DNA of 43,636 bases, from positions 1-43,636 of the IMG/VR virus record IMGVR_UViG_3300034069_000547; one strand, given 5' to 3'. This stretch comes from a virus. The notes under the pieces were generated by a model. The model searched no databases. It saw only the letters and a program-made list of their open reading frames with translations, and was not told the origin of the DNA. Position 1 is the first letter of the stretch, and the number at the start of each line of letters is the position of its first letter. Position numbers and translations under genes: made by a program. Shown in pieces: positions 15,743 to 23,608 of the stretch.

Positions 15743-16057
15743 ATGGCTACCCCTGCTCACGACTGGTATTTGCGCGAGTGGCTGCGAACGCTGCACAAGC
15801 GCCAGGTGGACATTGAGAAAGACCTTGACTGGAACAAAGCCAAGGTCAGCCTCATGGTCAGAGGCGAGCAGCAGTACACGCGAGACGCGGTCAACGAGTT
15901 GGCGGACTATCTCAACCTCCGCCCCTATGAGCTGCTGATGCACCCTGATGAGGCGATGGGCCTGCGTCGGGCTCGCGCCGAGATGATGCGGCTGGCGCAA
16001 GGGATGCCTGAACCGGACGAGCAGCCGCGGCCGTTGAAGAAAGTTTCGGCAGCCTAA
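15743..16057 (+). CDS. XRE-family HTH repressor-like protein (104 aa)
   Basis: WYLREWLRTLHKRQVDIEKDLDWNKAKVSLMVRGEQ...LADYLNLRPYELL is a typical XRE HTH. Divergent from the cro-like gene. No SD; a TATTCT hexamer lies 6 nt upstream of the ATG. Confidence 0.7.
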   Translation: MATPAHDWYLREWLRTLHKRQVDIEKDLDWNKAKVSLMVRGEQQYTRDAVNELADYLNLRPYELLMHPDEAMGLRRARAEMMRLAQGMPEPDEQPRPLKKVSAA

Positions 16058-16067
16058 ACTTTAGGCT
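16051..16067. promoter_or_regulatory. Perfect palindrome AGCCTAAA-c-TTTAGGCT over the repressor stop codon
   Basis: 8-bp arms around a single central base. Contains the CTAAAC half-site. Could be an operator variant or a weak terminator. Confidence 0.5.
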
Positions 16068-16076
16068 TGTGATTCC

Positions 16077-16094
16077 GGTTTAGCGGTTCTAAAC
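16077..16094. promoter_or_regulatory. Operator copy 3 (GGTTTAGCggTTCTAAAC) upstream of the rightward early operon
   Basis: Same 18-mer as 15656..15673 apart from the 2 central bases. Lies 38 nt upstream of the ATG at 16132. Confidence 0.6.
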
Positions 16095-16131
16095 AGGTTC
16101 CAGCGACGGATTGTCCGTCTTGGAGCCCACC

Positions 16132-16377
16132 ATGTTCCATACCCCCCGCATCGCCCCGGCCACCGCCGCGCCGCTCGCCCTTCTGTTGGGACTCACGCCT
16201 GCCGAACGTCTCGACCTGATCAGCGAGCTGCTTGAGCCCACTGCGGGCGGGCCGTTCGACAATCACGACCACGACGACGAGCCGCTGATGGACGCGCTGC
16301 GCCCGGTAATCGCGGCTTACCGGGCGGCGTATCCGGCGCTGGTTCGTAGCGTGCAGCCGATGGAGGCGTTCTCGTGA
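16132..16377 (+). CDS. Hypothetical protein (81 aa)
   Basis: GGAG lies 7 nt upstream of the ATG at 16132. First gene after operator copy 3. Confidence 0.55.
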   Translation: MFHTPRIAPATAAPLALLLGLTPAERLDLISELLEPTAGGPFDNHDHDDEPLMDALRPVIAAYRAAYPALVRSVQPMEAFS

Positions 16378-16757
16378 GCCGTATCAGCGGCCATCACAGC
16401 CCCGGCTGTGGCAACGAAGGCAAGTGCTCGCGTCCGATGTTCCAGTACGGGATGCCCGTGTTCTGTGATCGGCCGGCGTGGGGTGAGCAGTACGAACGCA
16501 ACAGCCCGCATGGGCCGTACTACGACGCTCCCGGCACAAGGGGCCAATATGGCAATTATCGGCCCTACGTCCCGGCTTTTGCTTGCGACCATCACGGCGG
16601 GCCTCGCGCAGATCAAATCCGCTTCGTGCGCGACGGCAACATGTGGTGCGCTTTCATGCCCGACTTCGAGAATTTGCAGGAAAGTCACGCCGGTTTTGGG
16701 ACGACCCAAGCCGCTGCTGAGGCTGATCTGCGCTCCAATGAGAGGAAAGCAGCGTGA
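16374..16757 (+). CDS. Hypothetical Cys/His-rich protein (127 aa)
   Basis: GTGA overlap with the upstream gene. Several Cys/His pairs (CGNEGKC, FCDRP, ACDHH). Confidence 0.55.
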   Translation: MSRISGHHSPGCGNEGKCSRPMFQYGMPVFCDRPAWGEQYERNSPHGPYYDAPGTRGQYGNYRPYVPAFACDHHGGPRADQIRFVRDGNMWCAFMPDFENLQESHAGFGTTQAAAEADLRSNERKAA

Positions 16758-17023
16758 CCCTCGAACAGCAGATCGACCAGATCGCCGCAGACCACGGCGT
16801 CGATAGCATCGCAGTCGGGCGCATGCCGGTCGGCGAGCGGATCGTCTGGACCGCGACGGTTCATTGGTCCGGATTCTCTCGCACCGGCACCGCTTGTGTC
16901 CACGGGTACAGCGACGACAGCATCCAAGGCGCGCTTTCAGACGCGCTCAAGCAGGTCGCTGCCGCGCGCGTTCCGGGTGACGTTCCTGTGCCTACGCTCG
17001 CCCCGATGCAGGAGGCCGCGTGA
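16754..17023 (+). CDS. Hypothetical protein (89 aa)
   Basis: GTGA overlap with the upstream stop. Confidence 0.55.
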   Translation: MTLEQQIDQIAADHGVDSIAVGRMPVGERIVWTATVHWSGFSRTGTACVHGYSDDSIQGALSDALKQVAAARVPGDVPVPTLAPMQEAA

Positions 17024-17208
17024 TGGCTTCCACCGGCACGCAAGGCGCGCACGAGCGCTTCCTGATCGACGGGCTGATGCACGATCTGCCCGATCGCATC
17101 GACCACCTTTTCGCCGAAAGCGACGCGCGCATGAACGCGATGCTCGCTGTCCACGCCGCTCGCATGGAGCGGGTGCTTTCGGCTGCTGAACGGGAGTTCC
17201 GGGCATGA
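17023..17208 (+). CDS. Hypothetical protein (61 aa)
   Basis: TGATG overlap with the upstream stop (alternative GTG at 17020). Confidence 0.5.
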   Translation: MASTGTQGAHERFLIDGLMHDLPDRIDHLFAESDARMNAMLAVHAARMERVLSAAEREFRA

Positions 17209-17774
17209 GCGCCGACACCACACGCGCGACGGTCGACTGGTCGGCTCCGATCGAGGCGGTGAATACAGCGACGGGGGAGGTGCGGGCGGTTCGTCTTGGC
17301 GGCGCGCAGGAAAATCCTGATGTCGGCGGCTATTTCTACACGGTCCCTTCGGTGGACCTGCATGTGTTCTGCAATGCATGGAGCCCGAAAGGAACTTTGT
17401 GGGCCAACTCGTCGTCACCTTGGCGCATCCGCAACGCCCAGCCCCAGTCCCAGCCCGAAACCGTGCCGGTGGAGAAGGCGGTGTGGGATCGCGTGGTGGC
17501 GCTGGTCGGCAACGTCGCGGCATCACGGCTGACTGACACGCTGTACGAAGCGCAACAGCTTCACGCGCTGCTATCGCCGGTCGATCCTGATTTGATCGAG
17601 GCGCGGGAGATTGCCGCCGACTTCTGGCAGCGCACACGTCAAGAGAGTGGCGCTCTGGGCTTCCATCGGTCGCGTAAGCTGCGCGAAGGGCAGTTCGATG
17701 ATGCCCGTGACATTCAGTGCGCTCTCGCCGCCATCAAACGCGGCCGCGCCCTTGAGCAGGAGTGCCGGTCGTGA
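17205..17774 (+). CDS. Hypothetical protein (189 aa)
   Basis: ATGA overlap with the upstream stop. Confidence 0.6.
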   Translation: MSADTTRATVDWSAPIEAVNTATGEVRAVRLGGAQENPDVGGYFYTVPSVDLHVFCNAWSPKGTLWANSSSPWRIRNAQPQSQPETVPVEKAVWDRVVALVGNVAASRLTDTLYEAQQLHALLSPVDPDLIEAREIAADFWQRTRQESGALGFHRSRKLREGQFDDARDIQCALAAIKRGRALEQECRS

Positions 17775-17932
17775 TCCAGCCGCTCTCCCAAATCGTCCGT
17801 CCGCCAGCGCGAGAGGAACAACAGGTCGGCCCGGCATGGGACGCTGACAATTCGGTGCTGTGGCTGATCGGCGTGTTCCTGTTCTGCCTGTTCTTGCCGG
17901 GTGTGGTGTGGTTGCTGGCGGTGTCGCTGTGA
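17771..17932 (+). CDS. 53-aa membrane peptide (not in ORF track)
   Basis: GTGA overlaps at both ends. Hand translation ends in ...SVLWLIGVFLFCLFLPGVVWLLAVSL, a TM helix. Confidence 0.5.
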   Translation: MIQPLSQIVRPPAREEQQVGPAWDADNSVLWLIGVFLFCLFLPGVVWLLAVSL

Positions 17933-18600
17933 CGATCACCTACCACGACCAGTTCGAGCAGGGCAGCGAGCAATGGCTGCAAGCGCGGTGCGGGCTGCTG
18001 ACGGCTTCGGAAATGAAGCTGATCATCACGCCGACGTTTAAGATCGCGAACAACGACAAAACGCGCGCTCATGCCTACGAACTCGCGGCGCAGCGGATCA
18101 ACCAATATGTCGAGCCGCACTACATCGGCGATGACATGCTGCGCGGTCATGAAGACGAGGTGCGCGCGCGACTGGCCTATGCCGAGAAGTTCGGCGCGGT
18201 GACCGAGTGCGGCTTCGTCACCGATGATCGCTGGGGCTTCACGATCGGCTATTCGCCTGACGCGCTTGTCGGCGATGATGGCCTGATCGAGTGCAAGTCA
18301 CGTCGGCAGAAGTACCAGGTGCAGACGCTCGTGGACGGTGTGCCTGACGAGCACGTCATGCAGCTACAGACCGGGTTGCTCGTCACCGGCCGCCAGTGGA
18401 TCGACTACGTTTCGTACTGCGGCGGCATGCCGATGGCAGTGATCCGCGTCGAACCTGACGAAGAAATCCAGATGGCGATCATCGCCGCGGCAACTGCCTT
18501 TGAGCAGCGCGTGGCCGAGATCGTCGCCGACTACCATTCATCGCTCAAGCGCATCCGCTGGGTGCCGACCGAGCGTGTCATTGAACAGGAGATGTATTAA
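17929..18600 (+). CDS. YqaJ-type viral recombinase exonuclease (PD-(D/E)XK)
   Basis: QGSEQWLQARCGLLTASEM, GYSPDALV and LIECKSRR fit the YqaJ/lambda-exonuclease motifs. The GTG at 17929 overlaps the upstream TGA. Confidence 0.8.
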   Translation: MTITYHDQFEQGSEQWLQARCGLLTASEMKLIITPTFKIANNDKTRAHAYELAAQRINQYVEPHYIGDDMLRGHEDEVRARLAYAEKFGAVTECGFVTDDRWGFTIGYSPDALVGDDGLIECKSRRQKYQVQTLVDGVPDEHVMQLQTGLLVTGRQWIDYVSYCGGMPMAVIRVEPDEEIQMAIIAAATAFEQRVAEIVADYHSSLKRIRWVPTERVIEQEMY

Positions 18601-19250
18601 TGTCCGACATGGACGCCGTGACAGCGGCGAAATCCGATCAGATCAATGCGGACGATCTCGTCGGCAGCGAAATGCAAGTCACCGTCGAAGGTGTCATCAT
18701 CCGCGCCGGTACCGAACAGCCCGTCACAGTCAAGTTGGTCGGTCATGACAAGGTTTTCCGTCCCTGCAAAACGGTCGCACGCATCATGAAGGCCGCGTGG
18801 GGGGCAGACAGCTCGGTTTATAAGGGCAGGTCAATGCTGCTCTACCGCGACGACAGCGTGACGTGGGGCGGTATGAAGGTCGGCGGCATCCGCGTTCGCG
18901 CTATCAGCCACATCACCTCGCCACTCGTGCTCGCCCTTCAAGAGAAGAAGGGCAGCAAGAAGATGACGACGGTTCAGCCGCTCAAGGTCGAGGCGGTCCG
19001 AGATAATGCACGCGCCGACGCCGAGGAATACGTCACTACGCATCTTGCCCGCGTTCGCGGCGCCGGCGACCAAGACACGCTCGACACGATCCGCAAGCGG
19101 GGCAGGAATGCCGTCAGCCGCTTGGAGCGCGAGCAGCCCGACCTCTACCAGCAGGTGTTGCGCGCCTACGAGGAGCGCACCGTTGAGATCGAAGGCTACG
19201 GCCGCACGGACGCGCAGCACGGCGATCAGTTCGACGGGGGTGAGGCGTGA
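18600..19250 (+). CDS. Hypothetical protein (216 aa) at the position normally held by the annealing-protein partner of YqaJ
   Basis: TAATG overlap with the exonuclease stop. No RecT/ERF/Rad52 motif recognised by eye. Confidence 0.6.
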   Translation: MSDMDAVTAAKSDQINADDLVGSEMQVTVEGVIIRAGTEQPVTVKLVGHDKVFRPCKTVARIMKAAWGADSSVYKGRSMLLYRDDSVTWGGMKVGGIRVRAISHITSPLVLALQEKKGSKKMTTVQPLKVEAVRDNARADAEEYVTTHLARVRGAGDQDTLDTIRKRGRNAVSRLEREQPDLYQQVLRAYEERTVEIEGYGRTDAQHGDQFDGGEA

Positions 19251-19510
19251 GCGCGGGGCAGCACACGCCGGGGCCTTGGACCGCAGAGCCAGAAATAGAC
19301 GAGAATGGCTTCGAGCTGGGCAAGCTGTGGATCATTATGCAGGGCCAGCCTTGCGCTTATGATTTCGACCGGGTTGAAGATGCTCGTGTCGCAGCAGCTG
19401 GGCCTGACCTGCTGGCGGCCCTGGAATGGGCAGCAACCGTCATTCGGCCGGGCACAGATCTCCGGGAGGCAATGGATACAGCCATCGCCAAAGCGCGAGG
19501 TGACGCATGA
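19247..19510 (+). CDS. Hypothetical protein (87 aa, HTPGPW motif)
   Basis: GTGA overlap with the upstream stop. Confidence 0.55.
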   Translation: MSAGQHTPGPWTAEPEIDENGFELGKLWIIMQGQPCAYDFDRVEDARVAAAGPDLLAALEWAATVIRPGTDLREAMDTAIAKARGDA

Positions 19511-19650
19511 CCTACCGCGACATCCTCGCCCGCAAGGAGCGCCAGCGTGTCGACGGCTCCGGTCCCGTGTGGCCGCTGCGTCGGGAGGACATGCCCTCGC
19601 ACTACGCCCGAGCCGTGCCCGCCCGTAGGGAGATGAGCGATGCAGCATGA
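19507..19650 (+). CDS. Hypothetical small basic protein (47 aa, not in ORF track)
   Basis: ATGA overlap with the upstream stop. Hand translation starts MTYRDILARKERQRVDGSGPVWPLRREDMPSHYARAVPARREMSDAA. Confidence 0.4.
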   Translation: MTYRDILARKERQRVDGSGPVWPLRREDMPSHYARAVPARREMSDAA

Positions 19651-20134
19651 GGAAATCGCGCGGCTGCAAGGGCTGCTGGATGCGGCGACGGACGCGCCGT
19701 GGTTGGATGCTGATGGCACAACGAGCGGACGTGTTGTCGTCGCTCCTGATCAGCCTAAGGTGCGTTACAGTGTAGCGTCCTGTGGAGGTCAAAGGCGTAA
19801 CGCTAATGCCGAGCTGATCGCAGAAATGCGCAACGCCCTCCCTTCGCTTCTCGCCCAGCTCACCGCAGACAGCGCGGCCCTCGACGCGGCGAGGGGAGAG
19901 ATTGAGCGGTTGCGGGGCTTGCTGATCGATCCGGGTGACCCAGCATGGGAAGATGCGCGCGGCGTCTTGGTGGCCGAGCTGCGCAAGAATGGCATGGATA
20001 CTCATGCCGACAACATCGCTGCCGGCCATGGCGTGACGATCCCTTCGTGGATCGCGCTCAACCTGATCGGGCAGGCTCGCCGCGCCGCGCTTGACGCCCT
20101 TCCCGCCCGGCAGGGGGAGGCTGACCGTGGCTGA
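19640..20134 (+). CDS. Ead/Ea22-like protein
   Basis: The N-terminal coiled coil EEIARLQGLLDAATDAPW, then NANAELIAEMRNALPSLLAQL, resembles Ead/Ea22-family early proteins. GGGAG SD. Confidence 0.45.
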   Translation: MQHEEIARLQGLLDAATDAPWLDADGTTSGRVVVAPDQPKVRYSVASCGGQRRNANAELIAEMRNALPSLLAQLTADSAALDAARGEIERLRGLLIDPGDPAWEDARGVLVAELRKNGMDTHADNIAAGHGVTIPSWIALNLIGQARRAALDALPARQGEADRG

Positions 20135-20378
20135 CGATCAGGACGCGCGGGAGATCGACTGCCCCCGTTGCTACGAAACCTGTGGCTGGTGCGGCGATTA
20201 CCGATTTTACCACGGCAAGATACGCCTGCCGGGTAGCCGCAAGTATTGCACGCTGCCCGGATATGAACCGGAAGGCAATGGCTGCCCGGTCTGTCGCGGT
20301 AGACGGCGCGTGATCGCCAGCACGATTTACACCGCCTCTGGCCCTCAGGGCATCCAGACATCGAAGGAAGAGCTATGA
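20127..20378 (+). CDS. Zinc-ribbon protein (83 aa from GTG 20127)
   Basis: CPRC...CGWC and CPVCRG Cys pairs. GGGGAGG SD upstream of the GTG. Confidence 0.5.
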   Translation: MADDQDAREIDCPRCYETCGWCGDYRFYHGKIRLPGSRKYCTLPGYEPEGNGCPVCRGRRRVIASTIYTASGPQGIQTSKEEL

Positions 20379-20776
20379 GCGAGTTTCGCAATCATAAGTA
20401 TGAATGGTCGCAGCCGTTCACCAGCACCAGCCACCAGTGGTCATTTCGCGGGCCACTTGGCGGCGTAAGCTTTTCGGCCAGCCTGATGCCCGCTGACAGT
20501 CCTTACAACTCCGGGCCATCGTGCGGACTTGAGTTCCACCATTCGGCCCGAGCTGCTCACATTAACGGGGCGGTTACATCGGAGGCTCCTAGCCATGCTC
20601 CGTGCTGGTTGCTTGGGGAACCATGCTGGCACGACGGTACTAGCTTGTACGCTAGCGAGCATTGTTGGCCGTATATTGAGAGCTATCTGCGAACCGGCGA
20701 CCATCCTGCCATCTTCCGGTTCCTTGAGGGCGAATACCGCCGCCATTTCCAGCGCTCTGTTGAGGACGAGGCATGA
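20375..20776 (+). CDS. Hypothetical protein (133 aa)
   Basis: ATGA overlap with the upstream stop. Confidence 0.55.
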   Translation: MSEFRNHKYEWSQPFTSTSHQWSFRGPLGGVSFSASLMPADSPYNSGPSCGLEFHHSARAAHINGAVTSEAPSHAPCWLLGEPCWHDGTSLYASEHCWPYIESYLRTGDHPAIFRFLEGEYRRHFQRSVEDEA

Positions 20777-21063
20777 CTCCTCCTATCACCCCGCCCAGCG
20801 CGGATGACGGGGCACGCACGGTTCGCACGCCAATTCAGGATCAGTGGTTCTGGTGGGCCGGATACAACGAGGAAGAGTATCGTCTGGCCGGTCCGTGCCG
20901 CTCGCGTGAAGCGGCGATCAGCGAAGCATACGGCGACACTTGTCCCGGCGACACCATCTTCTTGATCGAGGCGAAGGCCGAAGAGTTTGACGACGGGGAA
21001 GGTTTGTTCCCGTTTACCGAAACTCGCAACCGCAGCCATGTAATCCGAGAGGAAGACAAGTGA
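20773..21063 (+). CDS. Hypothetical protein (96 aa)
   Basis: ATGA overlap with the upstream stop. Its 5' end carries the 20-bp repeat also found in the next gene. Confidence 0.55.
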   Translation: MTPPITPPSADDGARTVRTPIQDQWFWWAGYNEEEYRLAGPCRSREAAISEAYGDTCPGDTIFLIEAKAEEFDDGEGLFPFTETRNRSHVIREEDK

Positions 21064-21881
21064 CGATCGCTTCACAGGATGACGGGGCACGCACGGCCGG
21101 GGAGGGTGAACCCGATCCTTTCGACGACTGCCTAGGCGTGCATGTTCAGGCGAACGCACGTCGCCTCGCCGCGCCAGCGACACCCGCCGCATGGGGGGAG
21201 GCTACCGATTACGAGCGCGCGTATTTCGAGCGCGGGTTCATCGCTGCCGCTGCATGGGCACTGACGAAGCGCGACGGTGACAAGCTGTCGGATGCCGTGA
21301 TTGATCACGCTTGGGCGCATCGCGACGAAGGCATGGACGAGGGAGACGTGCTGCCCGTGCGCGCGCCTGCCCTGCCGCCGGTGGGGGATGCTACGGAAGC
21401 GCAGCCCTGTGCGGGTGAGGCGTGGCAACCGATAGAAACTGCGCCGTATGATCGCATGGTGTTGGTCGATTGCGCGCGGTTTGAAACGGTGTGCGAGGCG
21501 ATGCAGTATCGGTCACAGGGTTGGCGCACATTCGGCGCTAACGGCCCTTTCCGCTGTGATCCGATCGCATGGCGAGAGAAGCCCGCCCGCTCTGGTGCCG
21601 CCACCCCGCCCGGCCAGCCCGAGCCGCGCGATCCCGAGATAACGGCGTGCGCGCAGTCACCTGATGCGAAACATCTTTTCGCCACGGTGAGTGGGGAGTG
21701 CCGTTTCTGTAGCCAGCCCGAGCCGTGCGATCCCTTTGCCGACGCCGGTAAACCGATACCCGAGCCGCGCGATCGTGGCGCGATGGGGGAGTATAAAAGC
21801 ACGCTAGCAGAGTGTGTGAAGGCGAATTTCAGACCTCTCGCCACGCCCGGTCTGCCCGCCGCCGAGCAGGAGGGCGCGTGA
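21060..21881 (+). CDS. Hypothetical protein with DUF551-like W-x-P-I-x-T-A-P segment and triplicated PEP(R/C)D motif (273 aa)
   Basis: GTGA overlap with the upstream stop. EAWQPIETAPYDRMVLV, then three PEPRD/PEPCD/PEPRD repeats. Confidence 0.6.
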   Translation: MTIASQDDGARTAGEGEPDPFDDCLGVHVQANARRLAAPATPAAWGEATDYERAYFERGFIAAAAWALTKRDGDKLSDAVIDHAWAHRDEGMDEGDVLPVRAPALPPVGDATEAQPCAGEAWQPIETAPYDRMVLVDCARFETVCEAMQYRSQGWRTFGANGPFRCDPIAWREKPARSGAATPPGQPEPRDPEITACAQSPDAKHLFATVSGECRFCSQPEPCDPFADAGKPIPEPRDRGAMGEYKSTLAECVKANFRPLATPGLPAAEQEGA

Positions 21882-22195
21882 TGCCTGGCTATGTCAAAGG
21901 TCGCGAGCTGTCGGCTGGCGCGGTTGGCCTGCGGCTGATCCGATACGACAAGGCTGGTCGGTCGCACTTTTCGGAGCCGGTCGTTTTCAAGGCAGGGCGG
22001 CCGGCAGTTCTCACCACGCTTAACCGCGCCGCTCTATCCGGCCGCGTTGAAATCGAGGGCGGGATCATTGACCACCAAGCCGACGTGCTGACCAGTGCGG
22101 ACGGCGAATGGGATCAGGTGGTCGCGCTGGATGCCGCCTCCTACCGTGCGCTCAAGCGCCATTGGATGCGCTGCAAAACGGTGGCGGTAGAATGA
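21881..22195 (+). CDS. Hypothetical protein (104 aa)
   Basis: TGATG overlap with the upstream stop. Confidence 0.5.
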   Translation: MPGYVKGRELSAGAVGLRLIRYDKAGRSHFSEPVVFKAGRPAVLTTLNRAALSGRVEIEGGIIDHQADVLTSADGEWDQVVALDAASYRALKRHWMRCKTVAVE

Positions 22196-22479
22196 CCGCC
22201 CCGACCGCAGAGGCGCTGGAACAGCGGGCGCGGACTGATTGGGATAAGACGCGCCCGATCGGCATGCCGTTTTGGCACGAGTTACCACCATCGTATCGAG
22301 CCCGCCTTGCTGGCTTCCACGCCGCCGGTGTCGCGGCCGAGCGCGAGCGGGCTGCTGGGGTCGAAACGGCAGCGCGCGCCTTACTCGGCTTCATCGGCAC
22401 GGGTGGGATGCGCGTCTATCACGACGACAAGCCCGTGCGCGATTTGCTCGCCGCCATCCGCCAGGAGCCCCAGCCATGA
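22192..22479 (+). CDS. Hypothetical protein (95 aa)
   Basis: ATGA overlap with the upstream stop. Confidence 0.5.
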   Translation: MTAPTAEALEQRARTDWDKTRPIGMPFWHELPPSYRARLAGFHAAGVAAERERAAGVETAARALLGFIGTGGMRVYHDDKPVRDLLAAIRQEPQP

Positions 22480-22694
22480 CCGGACTTGCCGCTCCCGAGA
22501 ACTATCGCATGATAGTTCTGGAATGCCCCGACTGTGGCCGGGAGGCTGTGATCGATCGCGAGCCGTCCGACCCCGAAGCCGCTGTCCGTTGCGTGCTGCA
22601 ATGCGACCGCTGCGACGACGGGGATCGCCATTCACCCGAGTTTTTCGACGGCGCTGGCAAGTGGGTTCACCCGTTCGACGGAGTACAGCCATGA
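22476..22694 (+). CDS. Zinc-ribbon protein (72 aa)
   Basis: ATGA overlap with the upstream stop. CPDC...CDRC Cys pairs. Confidence 0.5.
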   Translation: MTGLAAPENYRMIVLECPDCGREAVIDREPSDPEAAVRCVLQCDRCDDGDRHSPEFFDGAGKWVHPFDGVQP

Positions 22695-23089
22695 CCGACG
22701 AGACGATGCCGAGCGAGAGGGCTCGGCTGGTGCAGATCATGCGCGATCACATCGTGTGTGACGCTACCGGGTTGGCCCCCGCCGTTGCCAGCGTGTTTCT
22801 GCGCGGGTTCGACGAAGCAGCCGACGCCATCCTCGCCGCCCTATCCGAGCAGCCCGTATCTGCCGTTGGGTGGCGGAACATCGCGAGCGCGCCGAAGGAT
22901 GGGACGCCGTTCTTGGGTTGGATGGATCGGGTCGAGCAGTTCTACTGGCAATCTGCGGAAGGGAGCCGTCCGGTTGGTTGGCGGCATTTTATGTGGGTCT
23001 ACCCCGAAGGCAAAGGCCCCACCCACTGGCAGCCGCTTCCCGCAGCACCCGCGCCGTCAGCCGATCGGGAGGACACCGGTCATGGGTAA
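22691..23089 (+). CDS. DUF551-like protein (132 aa)
   Basis: ATGA overlap with the upstream stop. GWRNIASAPKDGTPFLGW ... HWQPLPAAP matches the W-x-x-I-x-x-A-P-K-D-G pattern. Confidence 0.5.
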   Translation: MTDETMPSERARLVQIMRDHIVCDATGLAPAVASVFLRGFDEAADAILAALSEQPVSAVGWRNIASAPKDGTPFLGWMDRVEQFYWQSAEGSRPVGWRHFMWVYPEGKGPTHWQPLPAAPAPSADREDTGHG

Positions 23090-23459
23090 GTGGCGGATCG
23101 TGCCGGTTGAGGCGAGCGAGCTGATGCGGAAAGCTGGCGAACAAGAGATGATGGCGAGGCACACAAACCTCGACTGTTTCAACGATCCATACGTGGATAG
23201 CACATATGCCGCCATGCTCGCTGCCAGCCCGCCCGTGCCGGATGAGGTGGTGGAGGCGATGGCGCGGGCGATTTGCAAGGCGCGCGGCTGGAATGCCGAC
23301 ATCTGCCTTTCGGGCTCAGGCGGCATTGCGATCGGCCCACATGGCGAGGTCAAAGAAGTGCAGTCGTCGTGCTCGCTTCGCATGTGGCAGAGCGTCGTTC
23401 CCGAGGCCCGCGCCGCGCTCTCCGTCCTGACCGGCAGCGATGAGGGAGAGGGGCGGTGA
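23082..23459 (+). CDS. Hypothetical protein (125 aa)
   Basis: The ATG at 23082 overlaps the upstream gene by 8 nt. Confidence 0.5.
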   Translation: MGKWRIVPVEASELMRKAGEQEMMARHTNLDCFNDPYVDSTYAAMLAASPPVPDEVVEAMARAICKARGWNADICLSGSGGIAIGPHGEVKEVQSSCSLRMWQSVVPEARAALSVLTGSDEGEGR

Positions 23460-23608
23460 GCAACTTTATCGCAGCAGTCGCCTTGGTCTGGGTCGTGGGT
23501 GGTCTGTACCTCATTATGAACAGCCGTTCGCGCGGGTTCTGGGCCGATGCGCTATTCATGCTGATCTGGCCGATCCATTTTGTCCGTCACCTGATGGGGC
23601 TTGAGTGA
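23456..23608 (+). CDS. 50-aa membrane peptide (not in ORF track)
   Basis: GTGA overlap upstream and TGATG overlap downstream. Hand translation: VSNFIAAVALVWVVGGLYLIMNSRSRGFWADALFMLIWPIHFVRHLMGLE. Confidence 0.5.
   Translation: MSNFIAAVALVWVVGGLYLIMNSRSRGFWADALFMLIWPIHFVRHLMGLE

Noticed and set aside
16861-17637. 258-aa minus-strand ORF across the early plus-strand genes. The same applies to 19226..20029 and 25342..26094.
   Set aside because: These are Pro/Arg/Ser-rich antisense artefacts. The plus strand shows a chain of start/stop-overlapped genes, and in the last case clear HNH motifs.
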